Shown: piece after piece, positions 29,280 through 39,466 of the stretch
Layout of the letters: each line of letters begins with the position of its first letter
Position numbering within the stretch: the first letter of the stretch is position 1
Assembly: GCA_965197585.1 (NCBI GenBank)
Contig: OZ240215.1
Coordinates: forward strand, 1,120,001 to 1,184,000
DNA from: Dehalococcoidia bacterium
GTDB taxonomy: Bacteria; Chloroflexota; Dehalococcoidia; Plut-88900
Direction: 5' to 3'
Length of the DNA stretch: 64,000 nucleotides
Translations under genes and position numbers: made by a program
Notes under the pieces: generated by a model
Told to the model about the DNA's origin: nothing
What the model saw: the letters and a program-made list of their open reading frames with translations, nothing else
Database searches by the model: none

Positions 29280-30119
29280 ATGCCCAGCAGAATGTCTATT
29301 GGCAACGCCGAGCTCGTCGGAGTCCTCGACATGATTCCCCCCACCCGAGACCCCACCGCCTTCTTCAACACAACCACCCGTGACTCCTGGGCCCCTTACG
29401 CCGACGATGTTCTCGAAGAAGGCAGGCTCCAGCTCTATTTCGGCTGCTTCTTTGTCCGCACACCTGACAAATGTGTCCTCGTCGACACCGGCATGGGCCC
29501 CGGCCCCCACCCCGACCGCGAGAACCGCACCGGCGACCTTATCAACCAGCTCAAGGGCCAGGGCCTCCAGCCCGAGGACGTGGACATCGTCGTCCACACT
29601 CACCTCCACCCCGACCACGTAGGCTGGAACCTCCATTTCGAAAACGGCGAGGCAATCCCCTTCTTCCCGAACGCCGAGTACCTCGTCCCCCAAAAGGACT
29701 GGGACCACTTCACCGACCCTGAAAACCTGAAGTCGGCATCCTATGTTCGGGACTACGTCGTTCCCCTGGAAAAGCTAGGCTGCATGAGACTCATCGACGG
29801 AGAGGCCATCGTCACCGACCAGATTTCTACCCTACCCACCCCCGGCCACACCCCCGGCCATCAGGTCATCCTCATCAGCTCCCAGGGCGAGAAGGCCATG
29901 GTCGTCGGGGACGTGCTGCACAATGTGGTCCAGGTCCAGGAACCCAAGTGGTGCGCCCGCGTCGACATCAACAAGGACGACAGCCGCAGCAGCCGGGAAA
30001 AAGTCCTCTCTAAAGCCGAAAACGAGGGCTACACCATAGCCGCCGGCCACTTCCACCCTGACCGACACACCGGCCGCATAGTCCGCATGTCCGGCCGCCG
30101 CTACTGGCAAGCCCTCTAG
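29280..30119 (+). CDS. MBL-fold metallo-hydrolase
   Basis: LVDTG, HTHLHPDHVGWN, TPGHTPGH, GDVLH, AGHF; ATG after ggagg. Confidence 0.92.
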   Translation: MPSRMSIGNAELVGVLDMIPPTRDPTAFFNTTTRDSWAPYADDVLEEGRLQLYFGCFFVRTPDKCVLVDTGMGPGPHPDRENRTGDLINQLKGQGLQPEDVDIVVHTHLHPDHVGWNLHFENGEAIPFFPNAEYLVPQKDWDHFTDPENLKSASYVRDYVVPLEKLGCMRLIDGEAIVTDQISTLPTPGHTPGHQVILISSQGEKAMVVGDVLHNVVQVQEPKWCARVDINKDDSRSSREKVLSKAENEGYTIAAGHFHPDRHTGRIVRMSGRRYWQAL

Positions 30120-30160
30120 TCACCCCTTACGCACCCCTATCGGAGGAATCTTATCCCCGC

Positions 30161-30506
30161 TCCCTTGATGAGACCTTTGTATGACCTGTACTGGAGGGGC
30201 CGGGGCCGCTTGTGCTGTCGCAGATCCGCCGAGGCGGGAGGCTCTCGAAGTATGAGCGGGGGGAGGGAGGTAAAGTGATCTGAATGGCACGACAGACGTG
30301 ATCTACAGTCATGCTAATGCCCCTCGATGGGTCGCAAATGCTGCAAGTGTGCCTTTGGCGTGCGCCGAGGCGTAGCCTTTGCACAACCGGGGCTGGTGGG
30401 GCCGCTCGTGCTGTCGTAGATCCGCCGAGGCGGGAGGCTCTCGAAGTATGAGTGGGGGGCTCCTATCCCCTCTCCCTCGATGGGAGAGGGGATAGGGTGA
30501 GGGTGA
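30161..30506. repeat. Composite REP/MITE-like repeat cluster with nested 21-nt inserts
   Basis: gagacctttg end motif, two gctcgtgctg..gaggctctcgaagtatgag units, and cccctctccctcgatgggagaggggatagggtgagggtga. Confidence 0.7.
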
Positions 30507-30567
30507 TCCGAGACTTGTAACGCACGTACCGAACAGTAACGCACAGTTCCACACAGGAGACACCACC

Positions 30568-31530
30568 GTGGAAAAAATCCTCGTCACCGGCGCCGCAGGC
30601 CAAATAGGCTCCGACCTCGTCCCCGAACTCCGACACCTTTACGGCAACGACAGCGTCATCGCCGCGGGCCACGTCACCCCACTACCCGAGGACATCCGAG
30701 CATCGGGCCCTTGCATCACCCTCGACGTCCGGAGCTACGAAGACGTGGACCGCGTCCTCAAGGAGCACGGCATCACCGTCGTATACCACCTCAGCTCCCT
30801 CCTCTCCGTCCTCGCCGAGGCCAACCGACCCCTTGCTTACGCCGTCAATTTCACCGGCAACTTCAACATCCTGGAAGCCTCCCTGTCCAACGGTGTGAAG
30901 AGGGTCAACCTCCCAAGCTCCATCGCCGTCTTCGGCGCTGACGCCTCCAGCCTCCACACCCCCAACGACGTATCTCTGAATCCGACCTCCCTCTACGGCG
31001 TCTCCAAAGTTTACGGCGAGAATATGGGCACCTATTACCGGCACCTCGGACTGGACGTGCGCGGCACCCGGCTCCCGGGCATCATCAGCTGGAAGACCGA
31101 GCCCACCGCCGGCACCACCGACTACGCCGTCGCCATCTTCTACGGCGCAATCTCCGAGGGCAGATACACCTGCTACCTCCGCCCTGACACCGCCCTCCCA
31201 ATGATGTACATGCCCGACGCCATCCGCTCTCTCATCCTCCTCGACCAGGCCGACCCCTCCCGCCTCATCCACTCCGCCAACTTTAACCTTACCGCTATGT
31301 CATTCACTCCCGCTCAGATTGCCCACGAGATCGAGGCGCGCATCCCCGGCTTCCAGATCGACTACGAAGTAGACCCCTTACGCCAGGCCATCGCCGACTC
31401 CTGGCCCGACTCCATAGACGACTCCCCCGCCCGCGAAGAATGGGACTGGAAATCCAAATACAACCTACCCACCATGGTCGACGACATGCTAACCAACCTC
31501 CGCCCAAAACTCGCCTCCCCGTCCCCGTAG
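30568..31530 (+). CDS. SDR-type L-threonine 3-dehydrogenase-like NAD-dependent enzyme
   Basis: TGAAGQIG, PSSIAVFG, YGVSK, GTTDYAV, LPMMYMPD, RQAIADSWP motifs. Confidence 0.85.
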   Translation: MEKILVTGAAGQIGSDLVPELRHLYGNDSVIAAGHVTPLPEDIRASGPCITLDVRSYEDVDRVLKEHGITVVYHLSSLLSVLAEANRPLAYAVNFTGNFNILEASLSNGVKRVNLPSSIAVFGADASSLHTPNDVSLNPTSLYGVSKVYGENMGTYYRHLGLDVRGTRLPGIISWKTEPTAGTTDYAVAIFYGAISEGRYTCYLRPDTALPMMYMPDAIRSLILLDQADPSRLIHSANFNLTAMSFTPAQIAHEIEARIPGFQIDYEVDPLRQAIADSWPDSIDDSPAREEWDWKSKYNLPTMVDDMLTNLRPKLASPSP

Positions 31531-31566
31531 GGGCGACCGGCCGGTCGCCTTCCTTGCCGCCGCCCC

Positions 31567-32607
31567 CTACCCCAACCCCTCCACCGCCCCAATCCCGACA
31601 GGCAACTCACCCCGCTCCACCGCCTTGACCTTCTTCACCAGCCCCTCATTGATCGAGACATCCACCCCCGCCTCCCGACCCTTCGCCACCACCAACCCGT
31701 TTAGGTACTCGATCTCCAGCCGACGCCCCTTCTCCATGTCCTGCGCTGTCGAAGACCGACCCGATTCCTGATATTTCTCCGCCGCCTGCATTAGAGAAAG
31801 TTCAAGCTCTTCCAGCCCCTGACCCCGCCCCGCAGCCAGCCACACCTCGGGGGCCTTTCCACCTATGGGCACCAGCGTAAGGCCGATGGCCTGCCCGACT
31901 CCCACAGCCTCAGCCGCCAGACGTATCGTCAGCCTCCTGACCTCGGCGGTCATGACCATCTCCCGGCTGCTTAGGCCCGTGATCGCCTGCAGGCCGTTCC
32001 CCATCGAGTTTGCGACCAGCTTGCTCCACCTCTCTCCACCCAGGTTGGTCGTGACCTTTGTGCTGTCCACGATCTCCAACAGTGTCGCCACCTCCTCGAC
32101 CCTCGACGTCACCTTCCCGTCCATCTCCCCGACCCGGAACACCGTGTGCGCCGCACCGCCCGCCGCCGCCGTCCGGGTCACGTGGCCCGGCCCCAGGAGT
32201 CCTACGCCTATGTTGCTCGCTATGCACCCCAAGACCCTTTCCCGACCCAATGCTCCCGCTATAGTGTCTTCGTTAATCCCATTCTGAATCGACACCGCAA
32301 ACCCGTCCTCAGCGATATAGTCGCGGATCAGATGCGAAGCCCAGGCCGTGTCATAGGACTTGGTGCAGATGAATACAATGTCCGCCAGCGATTTAATAAG
32401 ACTCTGCACCTCATTGATGTGCAGCGCTTGAGGACGAGAGTGGTGTTCACCCTGAGTTCCGGACACCTGCAGCCCGCCCTCTTTGATCGCATTCACGTGG
32501 TCGGGCCACGGGTCTATCAAGATAACCTCTTCTCCCGCCGCCGAGATCAACCCTCCTACAAAGCTTCCCACCGCCCCCGCCCCGACAAACACTAGCCGTT
32601 TACTCAC
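31567..32607 (-). CDS. 2-dehydropantoate 2-reductase (PanE/ApbA) family protein
   Basis: GAGAVG, TKSYDT, IQNG, RWSKL..N, SSTAQD...GR..EIEYLNG. Confidence 0.88.
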   Translation of the reverse strand: MSKRLVFVGAGAVGSFVGGLISAAGEEVILIDPWPDHVNAIKEGGLQVSGTQGEHHSRPQALHINEVQSLIKSLADIVFICTKSYDTAWASHLIRDYIAEDGFAVSIQNGINEDTIAGALGRERVLGCIASNIGVGLLGPGHVTRTAAAGGAAHTVFRVGEMDGKVTSRVEEVATLLEIVDSTKVTTNLGGERWSKLVANSMGNGLQAITGLSSREMVMTAEVRRLTIRLAAEAVGVGQAIGLTLVPIGGKAPEVWLAAGRGQGLEELELSLMQAAEKYQESGRSSTAQDMEKGRRLEIEYLNGLVVAKGREAGVDVSINEGLVKKVKAVERGELPVGIGAVEGLG

Positions 32608-32665
32608 CTGTATTCCCCTTCCTGGTTGTCTATCTGACCATGATCATACGATTCGAAAACCGTGG

Positions 32666-33016
32666 CTAACGGTGCGCCAGCATGTTTACGAGCTTCCCGT
32701 AAGGGTCACGAGTATAAAACCGGCGCACACCCCAGGGCTCGTCCGTGAGAGGATAAACGATCTCGAATCCGGCGGACCGTGTCCGATCGTAGGCTGCATC
32801 GACGTCATCAACTTCAATCGATAGGTTTGGCACCTGAGTACCCGATCCTCCCTCACTCGCCACGCTTAACTGCACCGGGGCTTTCGAGCCGGAAGCGAAG
32901 GTCGCGATCAACCCGAGGTCCATCACTACCTCAAGTCCCAAAACATCACAGTAAAACCGACGCACGTCCTCAACCCGATCCACAGCGATGTTCGCGACAA
33001 TGCGTTTGACCTCCAT
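32666..33016 (-). CDS. VOC/glyoxalase family protein
   Basis: RRFYCDVLGL, LSIEVDDVD, DEPWGVRRFY.RDP.G. Confidence 0.9.
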   Translation of the reverse strand: MEVKRIVANIAVDRVEDVRRFYCDVLGLEVVMDLGLIATFASGSKAPVQLSVASEGGSGTQVPNLSIEVDDVDAAYDRTRSAGFEIVYPLTDEPWGVRRFYTRDPYGKLVNMLAHR

Positions 33017-33070
33017 CTTTATCTCGTTATCGAAAGATACGGCGACAATCCTCGGAGATCACCCACCGAC

Positions 33071-34219
33071 CTACTTCTCACCCGCCCCGAACTCCGGCAT
33101 CACCTCTTCATGGAACCGCGTCAGTTGCTCCGAGTACTCCGCCAACGGCATCCCCTCCGGCCAGTGTAGGATCACGTGCTCCAGCCCCGGGTACCGTGCC
33201 TCGTACTCCTTCAGAACGCTCACCACGTAATCGGAGTCTCCGCACAGCCACACTTTCTGGTCTACCCCGTCCTCAAGAGTTGGGACGCGGCTCGGTGCGC
33301 CGGGAGTGCCCCATGGCCGACCCTCAGCATCCGTATACCGCACCAGCCCGAAGGGCGCAAACCACTTATACCGCTCATCGTGGAACAGCCTGGCCCGCTC
33401 CATAGCCTTTTCCTGGCTCCCGTCGATATAGAAGAACAAACCTAGGGCAAGGTCCTCTCCCAGCGCCAACTCCCTCCCGACCTCCGCCGCCGCATCTTGG
33501 TACTCGTGGATGACCTGGTCCGCCAGCTTCTCTCCGGTCCCATGCACCACTCCCTTGATCCCAATTTGAGCTATGTACCGCAGTGTCCGGCGGCTCGCAA
33601 TCGGTTGCCACACGTCCACCGGCCTGTGCAGGGGTCTCGGAACCAGCGTGATGTCTTTCAGGTCATACCCACGGTATGGGACCTCGGCCGGGAGGTTGTA
33701 GTGCTTGCCCTTGTGGGTGAAAGACTCCTCGTTGAACGCCTTGAAGATGATCTCCATCTGCTCCATGAACAGCTCTTTATTGGCATCGTTGTCCCGCATC
33801 GGCGATCCGAACGTCTCGACTTCCCGGGTGTGATACCCCCTCCCCACCCCAAAGATTACCCGCCCCCCGGACAGGATGTCCGCCATTGCGAAGTCCTCGG
33901 CCAACCTGAGCGGGTGCCACATCGGCACGATGTTGAACGCGCACCCGAACTTGAGCCGCTTGGTCTGCGTCGAAAGGTAGGTGCTGAGCATCAGCAGGTT
34001 CGGGATGCACTCGTATCCCTCCCTCTGGAAGTGATGCTCTGCCATCCACAACGCGTAGTATCCCTGCGAGTCCATCTGCTTGGCGATGGCTTCCGCCATC
34101 CCGAAGCATTCCGTCAGCCTTTCGTTCGGGTATCGCCGGTCCTCTGGCGCCGTCCCATCCGCTCCCACGTTGTCCAACTCGATATGGCCCACATACAGGG
34201 ACGAGAAATGCTTGATCAT
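33071..34219 (-). CDS. LLM class flavin-dependent oxidoreductase
   Basis: WMAEHHF, WHPLRLAED, LSGGRVIFGVGRG, F..EVMP. Confidence 0.92.
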   Translation of the reverse strand: MIKHFSSLYVGHIELDNVGADGTAPEDRRYPNERLTECFGMAEAIAKQMDSQGYYALWMAEHHFQREGYECIPNLLMLSTYLSTQTKRLKFGCAFNIVPMWHPLRLAEDFAMADILSGGRVIFGVGRGYHTREVETFGSPMRDNDANKELFMEQMEIIFKAFNEESFTHKGKHYNLPAEVPYRGYDLKDITLVPRPLHRPVDVWQPIASRRTLRYIAQIGIKGVVHGTGEKLADQVIHEYQDAAAEVGRELALGEDLALGLFFYIDGSQEKAMERARLFHDERYKWFAPFGLVRYTDAEGRPWGTPGAPSRVPTLEDGVDQKVWLCGDSDYVVSVLKEYEARYPGLEHVILHWPEGMPLAEYSEQLTRFHEEVMPEFGAGEK

Positions 34220-34257
34220 CTACCTGGCCTCTTCAAAACGGTATCTTGGAATTTTTG

Positions 34258-35022
34258 CTAGGTTGCCATGTAGCCGCCGTCTATCGGGAACACGTGCCCC
34301 GTGACGTAAGACGCCGCATCAGTGCACAGCCACACCACCACCTCCGCTATCTCCTCCGGTTTTCCCATCCTCCCGATGGGCTGGTCGTTGTGCAGCTCTT
34401 CCTGCGGTGTGTTATTCGACTCCATTATCAAGTCCATCATCGGCGTCATGATCACACCTGGCGCCACCGCGTTCACCCGGATCCCTTGCCGAGCGTAGTC
34501 CATCGCCGCGCTCTTGGTCAGCCCCGCCACCCCGTGCTTGCTTGCCGTATATGCCGATGTCCCACTCGACGCCACCAGCCCCGCCACCGACGAAGTGTTC
34601 ACTATCGCCCCACCCCCCTGCGTCAGCATCTGTGGGAGTTCATACTTGATGCAGAGCCACACCCCCTTCAAGTTCACTCCGATCACCCGGTCCCATTCAT
34701 CCTCGGGGTATTCGTGGAACGGGATGCGGGTCCCGGTGTGGATTCCGGCGTTGTTGAAGGCTGCGTCTATCCGACCGAACCGCGACACCGTCTCCGACAC
34801 CATCCGTTGCACTTCATCGACCTTGGACACGTCCGCCGTCATCCCCCACGCCTCCCCTCCCCCACCGAAGATCAAGTCCACTGTCTCCTGCATCGGCCCT
34901 TCCATCAGGTCCACGGCCATCACCTTCGCCCCTTCCCTGGCAAACACCAGTGAAGTCGCCCTCCCAATCCCCGACCCCGCCCCAGTCACTAGGGCCACCC
35001 TGTCCTTCATACTATCGCCCAT
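34258..35022 (-). CDS. SDR family oxidoreductase
   Basis: TGAGSGIG, NNAG, YTASK, IRVNAVAPG, IDGG. Confidence 0.93.
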   Translation of the reverse strand: MGDSMKDRVALVTGAGSGIGRATSLVFAREGAKVMAVDLMEGPMQETVDLIFGGGGEAWGMTADVSKVDEVQRMVSETVSRFGRIDAAFNNAGIHTGTRIPFHEYPEDEWDRVIGVNLKGVWLCIKYELPQMLTQGGGAIVNTSSVAGLVASSGTSAYTASKHGVAGLTKSAAMDYARQGIRVNAVAPGVIMTPMMDLIMESNNTPQEELHNDQPIGRMGKPEEIAEVVVWLCTDAASYVTGHVFPIDGGYMAT

Positions 35023-35044
35023 GTTTCTCCTCCTGTGTCATTCC

Positions 35045-36100
35045 TGTGGATGTCAGGTAATTCGTTGACAGAATTAGGTGGATTTAAGGGTCTCCAAAGG
35101 GGTCTTTCCGTCCATTGCCTGGTGGGGTCTCTGAGTATTGTAGTAGATCAGGTATTGCTGAAGCTCGTCCTTCAGTTCCGAGACCGATTCGAAGGTTGTC
35201 CCCTCCAGCAGGTCCTCGTTCAAGGTTCTCCAGAACCGCTCTATCTTCCCGTTGGTCTGGGGCCTATAAGGGCGGGTGTAGCGGTGCTTTATGCCCAGCT
35301 CATTGAGCATCCGTTCCATGGGGTGGCCCTCGGTGTTCCTTGGGGAGGCCATCTCGGGGCCGTTGTCGGTGAGGATGGCCTCGAATTGGATGCCGTACTC
35401 CACGTTAAGGAAATTGATGGACTTCAGAGTAGCAAACATAACGGAGAGACTCTTGATGTCTCCGACCACTTCGGCCCAGGCCAGACGGGTGTAGGCGTCG
35501 ATGAGGCCCACCAGGTAGTAGCGGTGCTTGGTGCCCACGATGGTATCCCGGCTGAGGTGGTGGCTGTCCAGGTGGCCCAGCTCTCCTGCCCGGGTCTTGA
35601 TGATCTTGCGCTTCGACTGCTGCATCGGCTTTGTGAGCCTATTGAAACCGTGGCGTCTGGTGATGGCGTAGATGGTGGAGGGCTTAGGGGTGTTGTGTTT
35701 AAGGATGGGTTTGAGTATGGCATAGATCTCGTAACGGTTGGTACCGTTAAGGCGCTCGTTGATGACCTTCTGCTCAATGTAGGGCAGGGTGCGGCGGGAC
35801 TTCCACCCGGGACCCCGCTTACGGGGGAGGAAGGCGTTGTCGGAGGGGGAGAGGAGGAACCGGTTGTAGTACTTGGCGAAGGTCTGACGGCTAGTGCCGT
35901 GGAAGGAGTAGAAGTCCTGGGCGAAGCGGAAACGGGGATGCTTCCCTGCCTTGACCAGTTGATACTCATGGATGAGGAACCGCCACTTCTGAATGTAGTT
36001 CCGCTCAAGGGTGAGGTCCTTGCTATTGTCTCGCATTCTCGCCTCCAGATTGGTGTTGGCCTCTTATACCAATCTGTCAACGAATTACCTAACACTTACA
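35045..36100 (-). mobile_element. IS481-family insertion sequence
   Basis: Ends TGTggatgtcaggtaattcgttgacaga / tctgtcaacgaattacctaacacttACA (imperfect IR of about 30 bp); 5-bp direct repeat attcc at 35040-35044 and 36101-36105. Confidence 0.88.
35074..36036 (-). CDS. IS481-family DDE transposase (integrase core)
   Basis: GELGHLD, IDAYTR, ILTDNG.E, TRPYRPQTNGKIERF, YYNTQRPH...GKTP. Confidence 0.92.
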   Translation of the reverse strand: MRDNSKDLTLERNYIQKWRFLIHEYQLVKAGKHPRFRFAQDFYSFHGTSRQTFAKYYNRFLLSPSDNAFLPRKRGPGWKSRRTLPYIEQKVINERLNGTNRYEIYAILKPILKHNTPKPSTIYAITRRHGFNRLTKPMQQSKRKIIKTRAGELGHLDSHHLSRDTIVGTKHRYYLVGLIDAYTRLAWAEVVGDIKSLSVMFATLKSINFLNVEYGIQFEAILTDNGPEMASPRNTEGHPMERMLNELGIKHRYTRPYRPQTNGKIERFWRTLNEDLLEGTTFESVSELKDELQQYLIYYNTQRPHQAMDGKTPLETLKST

Positions 36101-36331
36101 ATTCCCATTCGGTCCCTTCTCCTCTGACGAAGACTTTGTCTAACCGTCATTCTCTCCGTGTCTGGCACACTATCCGCAGGGGTGGGGCATTCCGCTCGCC
36201 CTGAGCTGGCTGAAAGTCCGCCGAGGCGGATCGAAAGGTCTCAAAAGCGGATTGGGCGGGGCGGATCGCACATCACACCGCTCATCCTGAGCTTAGTCGA
36301 AGGGTAGAGCGAGCCGCACATCACGCTCCCT

Positions 36332-37240
36332 TCACCCCTCAATCCCCGCGTAGTGCAAACTCTGCCCCACAATATCCACCCCCACAAGCTCACTGTGCGC
36401 CGCCAGCAGTTGCCTAGTCACCGGCCCCGGTATCTCACTCCCAATCGGCCTCTTGTCGACCCGGGACACGGGCACGATTCTTGGGCTGGTACGGCTAAAG
36501 AACACCTCGTCGGCGGTGTACAGATCGTAGGGCTGAAGGTCTTCTTCAAGTGCCGGGATCCCGAGACTCTCGGCCAACTCGAACACCACCTGCCTCGATA
36601 CTCCCTGGAGAATGTTGTCGTCCTTGGGCGTCTTGAGAACACCGTCGTTGACGATGAACACGTTGTACCCCAGTCCCTCGGTGACATTGCCTTCCACGTC
36701 CAGCAGCAGGGGCAGTCCCTCCGGGTCGACGTCCCGTGCTTCCAGCTCAGCCAGCACGAAATTCATCCTGCTGTGGTGCTTCACCTTGGCGTCGAGCATC
36801 GAGCTGGAGTAGCTGCGCACCTTGGTGATGATGGCGTGCGCCCCGTCCATGTAAAACCTTGCAAATTCCTCGAAGTGTATCGGCTTGATAATCACGCACA
36901 CGCTCGGGGGGCCATCGACTGAATCTCCACGGGTGATTATTGGGTTTATCGCAAAGTCCCCGACTTCGTTCCGCCGATGGTCGTTCCTCGCCACTCCCTC
37001 GCGGCACACCTCTAACATCTCCTCTTCTCCGAATCCCGGGTCAACCCGCACGTACTTCAACGACCGGTACAGCCTGTTCACATGGTCTTCCAGCCGGAAC
37101 GGCACCCCTCCGAATGTCCGCCCTTGGTCGAAGACCACATCCGCCACCGCAAACCCCCGGTCGTGCGGCGGAAATAGCACCTCGCTATAAGGCACCCACT
37201 CCCCATTGAAATATGCCGTGTAATCGTTGTAGTTTCCCAT
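36332..37240 (-). CDS. Aminotransferase class IV (BCAT/DAAT/ADC lyase family)
   Basis: YFNGEWV, DRGF..ADVVFD, H..RL.RS, catalytic K, EG.GYNVF, ILQGVSR. Confidence 0.9.
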   Translation of the reverse strand: MGNYNDYTAYFNGEWVPYSEVLFPPHDRGFAVADVVFDQGRTFGGVPFRLEDHVNRLYRSLKYVRVDPGFGEEEMLEVCREGVARNDHRRNEVGDFAINPIITRGDSVDGPPSVCVIIKPIHFEEFARFYMDGAHAIITKVRSYSSSMLDAKVKHHSRMNFVLAELEARDVDPEGLPLLLDVEGNVTEGLGYNVFIVNDGVLKTPKDDNILQGVSRQVVFELAESLGIPALEEDLQPYDLYTADEVFFSRTSPRIVPVSRVDKRPIGSEIPGPVTRQLLAAHSELVGVDIVGQSLHYAGIEG

Positions 37241-37310
37241 CTCTCTCCTCCTGATTTCCCCCTCTCCCTTGACGGGAGAGAGTTAGGGTGAGGGTGATCC
37301 TACCCCCACA

Positions 37311-38477
37311 TTAACCAACAAATAACTTCACCGGAGCAACGGATTCGGTAGACCCACCCCCCACCAACTCAAACAACTCCACCCCCGGCTCCCGAGCCAT
37401 CCGCATCAGAAACGGCTCCGCATTCATCCACCCCTCCGGACTCCCGACTCCCCTCCGCCCAATCTCCCCCGACGCCACCATCAACGTGGCCAGCGCCGCC
37501 ACAGAGGTAGTTCCCCTCCTCGAATAGTCCTGGGCCTCGAACACCCGCCGGCAGGCCTTCCCGTCCTTCTCTCCCTCCACCCTGACCCGCACAGCCATCG
37601 GCTCATCCAGCGGCTCGATGTCGAAATACGGCTTCCCCTCCTCAGACGACAGGAACGTCATCAGAAATTCCATCGGGCTGGTCTCCAGGCCCGGAACATT
37701 CTCATATGACGTGAATCCCCACCGCACCATCGTCTCCATGAAGTCGTTCCCTTCAGCCTGGTGCAACCCGCCGCTTGCCGTGACCTCGGTCAGGCTGGGT
37801 ATCGACTGTGAGATGGTCACCGGGTCCGGAACGCCCGTGTAATACACCTCCTTCGCCCCGACTGGCGGCAGAAACTCGATCTCTTCCCTATTGGCGAACA
37901 CCCCAGGTTTTACATAATCACCATCGATAAACTGTGGCGCGAGGCCGCTGTTGATCCGAAGAAAGTGTTGTATTGCCGCCGGGTAGTTCAGCGAATAGTT
38001 CCACGAAAACCAGATATTCACTCGACGAGGGACGTCCATACTGTCACAGGCGTATCGAGCCAGCACTCCACTCAAACCCGGCATGATCCCGCATCCGGTC
38101 AGCACGGCGACTCCCTCGTCCTTTGCCTTCCGGTCCCAGTCCGGGTTGAAGAACAGCTCTTCCGCCGGTTCATGGTCGTCGCCCATGTCCACATAGTGCG
38201 TCCCTGTCTCTATCGCCGCCTCTACTACCTTCAACCCATGCAGATGATAAGGCCCGACCGCATTGAACACCGTGTCGACTTTGCTTAGCGCCTCTTTCAA
38301 CCGGACTTTGTCGTCCACGTCCAGTGCCATCCATTCCGCCCCCGTCCTCTCCGACACCCGCCGCGCCCGCTCCCCGTCCTTGTCCGCCGCTACCAGCTCT
38401 ACTCCCTTTCCCTCCTCCGCGATCTGATATGCAATCCCCCGGCCGTGGAACCCGCACCCCAGCACCATTACCTTCAT
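37311..38477 (-). CDS. Saccharopine dehydrogenase-like NAD(P)-dependent oxidoreductase
   Basis: VLGCGFHG, NAVGPY, A.E.GTHYVD, GCGIMPGLS. Confidence 0.88.
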   Translation of the reverse strand: MKVMVLGCGFHGRGIAYQIAEEGKGVELVAADKDGERARRVSERTGAEWMALDVDDKVRLKEALSKVDTVFNAVGPYHLHGLKVVEAAIETGTHYVDMGDDHEPAEELFFNPDWDRKAKDEGVAVLTGCGIMPGLSGVLARYACDSMDVPRRVNIWFSWNYSLNYPAAIQHFLRINSGLAPQFIDGDYVKPGVFANREEIEFLPPVGAKEVYYTGVPDPVTISQSIPSLTEVTASGGLHQAEGNDFMETMVRWGFTSYENVPGLETSPMEFLMTFLSSEEGKPYFDIEPLDEPMAVRVRVEGEKDGKACRRVFEAQDYSRRGTTSVAALATLMVASGEIGRRGVGSPEGWMNAEPFLMRMAREPGVELFELVGGGSTESVAPVKLFVG

Positions 38478-39466
38478 AGTCTCCCCAACAAAGGGGCCAC
38501 CTCTTCGACGTACCGACCCAGCTGCTCAGTCATGTCCGGCCCCACGAACCGCAACACGGGCGTTGTGCATCCGGCATCCACGTAGGACTGGATCTTTTCC
38601 GCCACTTCTTCAGGCGGGCCGTAAGCAACCCAAAGATCGATAAGTCCCGGGGTGACGAATGCGGGCCCGTAGTAGGAGACCAGGAATTGGTGGGCCTGCT
38701 CATAGGCGACGTCCCTGTCATTGTGTATGTTCACCATCAGGTGCAGGCACGAGTCCAAAGCCCCCGCGTCCCGACCCATCCCCGCCGCATACTCCCGTAT
38801 CCTGTCGAATCTCTCCCGGAAATCCTGCGGTTCTATCGCGTCCGTCTGCCACCCGTCCGAATGCTTCGCCACCCGGCGCAGCACCCTTTCCATCAACTCC
38901 GGGCTATAGTCACCCTTGGGGTTTACGGCCAGCCACAGCGGGACCCGGGCCTGGACGGGCTTGGGCAGCGCATCGACTTCCTCGAACTGGAAGAAACGCC
39001 CCTTGTGGGTGACCTTCTCCTCCGACCAGAGCCTCCGCAATATCTCCATCCCCTCCAGCACCCGACCCACCCTCTCCCCCGACGCCACGCCCATCACCTC
39101 TAGCTCTTGAGCGTATTGCGGCCCGTACCGGGCCGACCCGCCGTTTCAGACAGCCAGTATCGTTCGACCCCCCGACAGTACGTCCAGGCTCGCCCACTGG
39201 ATCGCCAGTTGTACGGGGTTGCGAAGCGGGAAGCTGGCCAGGCATATGGTGCCCAGTTTTACATAACTGGTACGTGCAGCAATGGCTGATAGGAGAACAA
39301 GGTAGTCGAGCCTCGGTTTGGACAGCAAATTATCCCCGACCCACACGCCATCAAAGCACCCCGACTCCTCCGCCGCCACCGCCGCATCCACCAGCTCCGA
39401 CACACTAGTCCCCCCAGACACCACAGACCTGTTGGACAAGCTTATTCCGTACTTCGCTCCAGCCAC
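38474..39466 (-). CDS. LLM class oxidoreductase with in-frame TGA (putative selenocysteine; alternatively a nonsense pseudogene)
   Basis: ORF-track pieces 39146-39466 and 38474-39097 are one frame (993 nt) separated only by TGA at 39146-39148: LSGGRTILAV*NGGSARYG; both halves carry LLM motifs. Confidence 0.8.
39119..39135 (-). promoter_or_regulatory. SECIS-like hairpin 3' of the in-frame UGA
   Basis: Minus strand UGA-aacggcgggu-CGGCCCG-gua-CGGGCCG: perfect 7-bp stem starting 11 nt after UGA with GU in the loop. Confidence 0.6.

Noticed and set aside
35035-36204. 389-aa plus-strand ORF and other long antisense ORFs (e.g. 49943-50839, 33497-34261)
   Set aside because: Shadow ORFs opposite well-supported genes, expected in high-GC DNA; no recognisable motifs
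38474-39466. Frameshifted pseudogene or two separate LLM genes
   Set aside because: Both parts are in the same frame and separated only by one TGA; a nonsense mutation remains possible, but a frameshift does not
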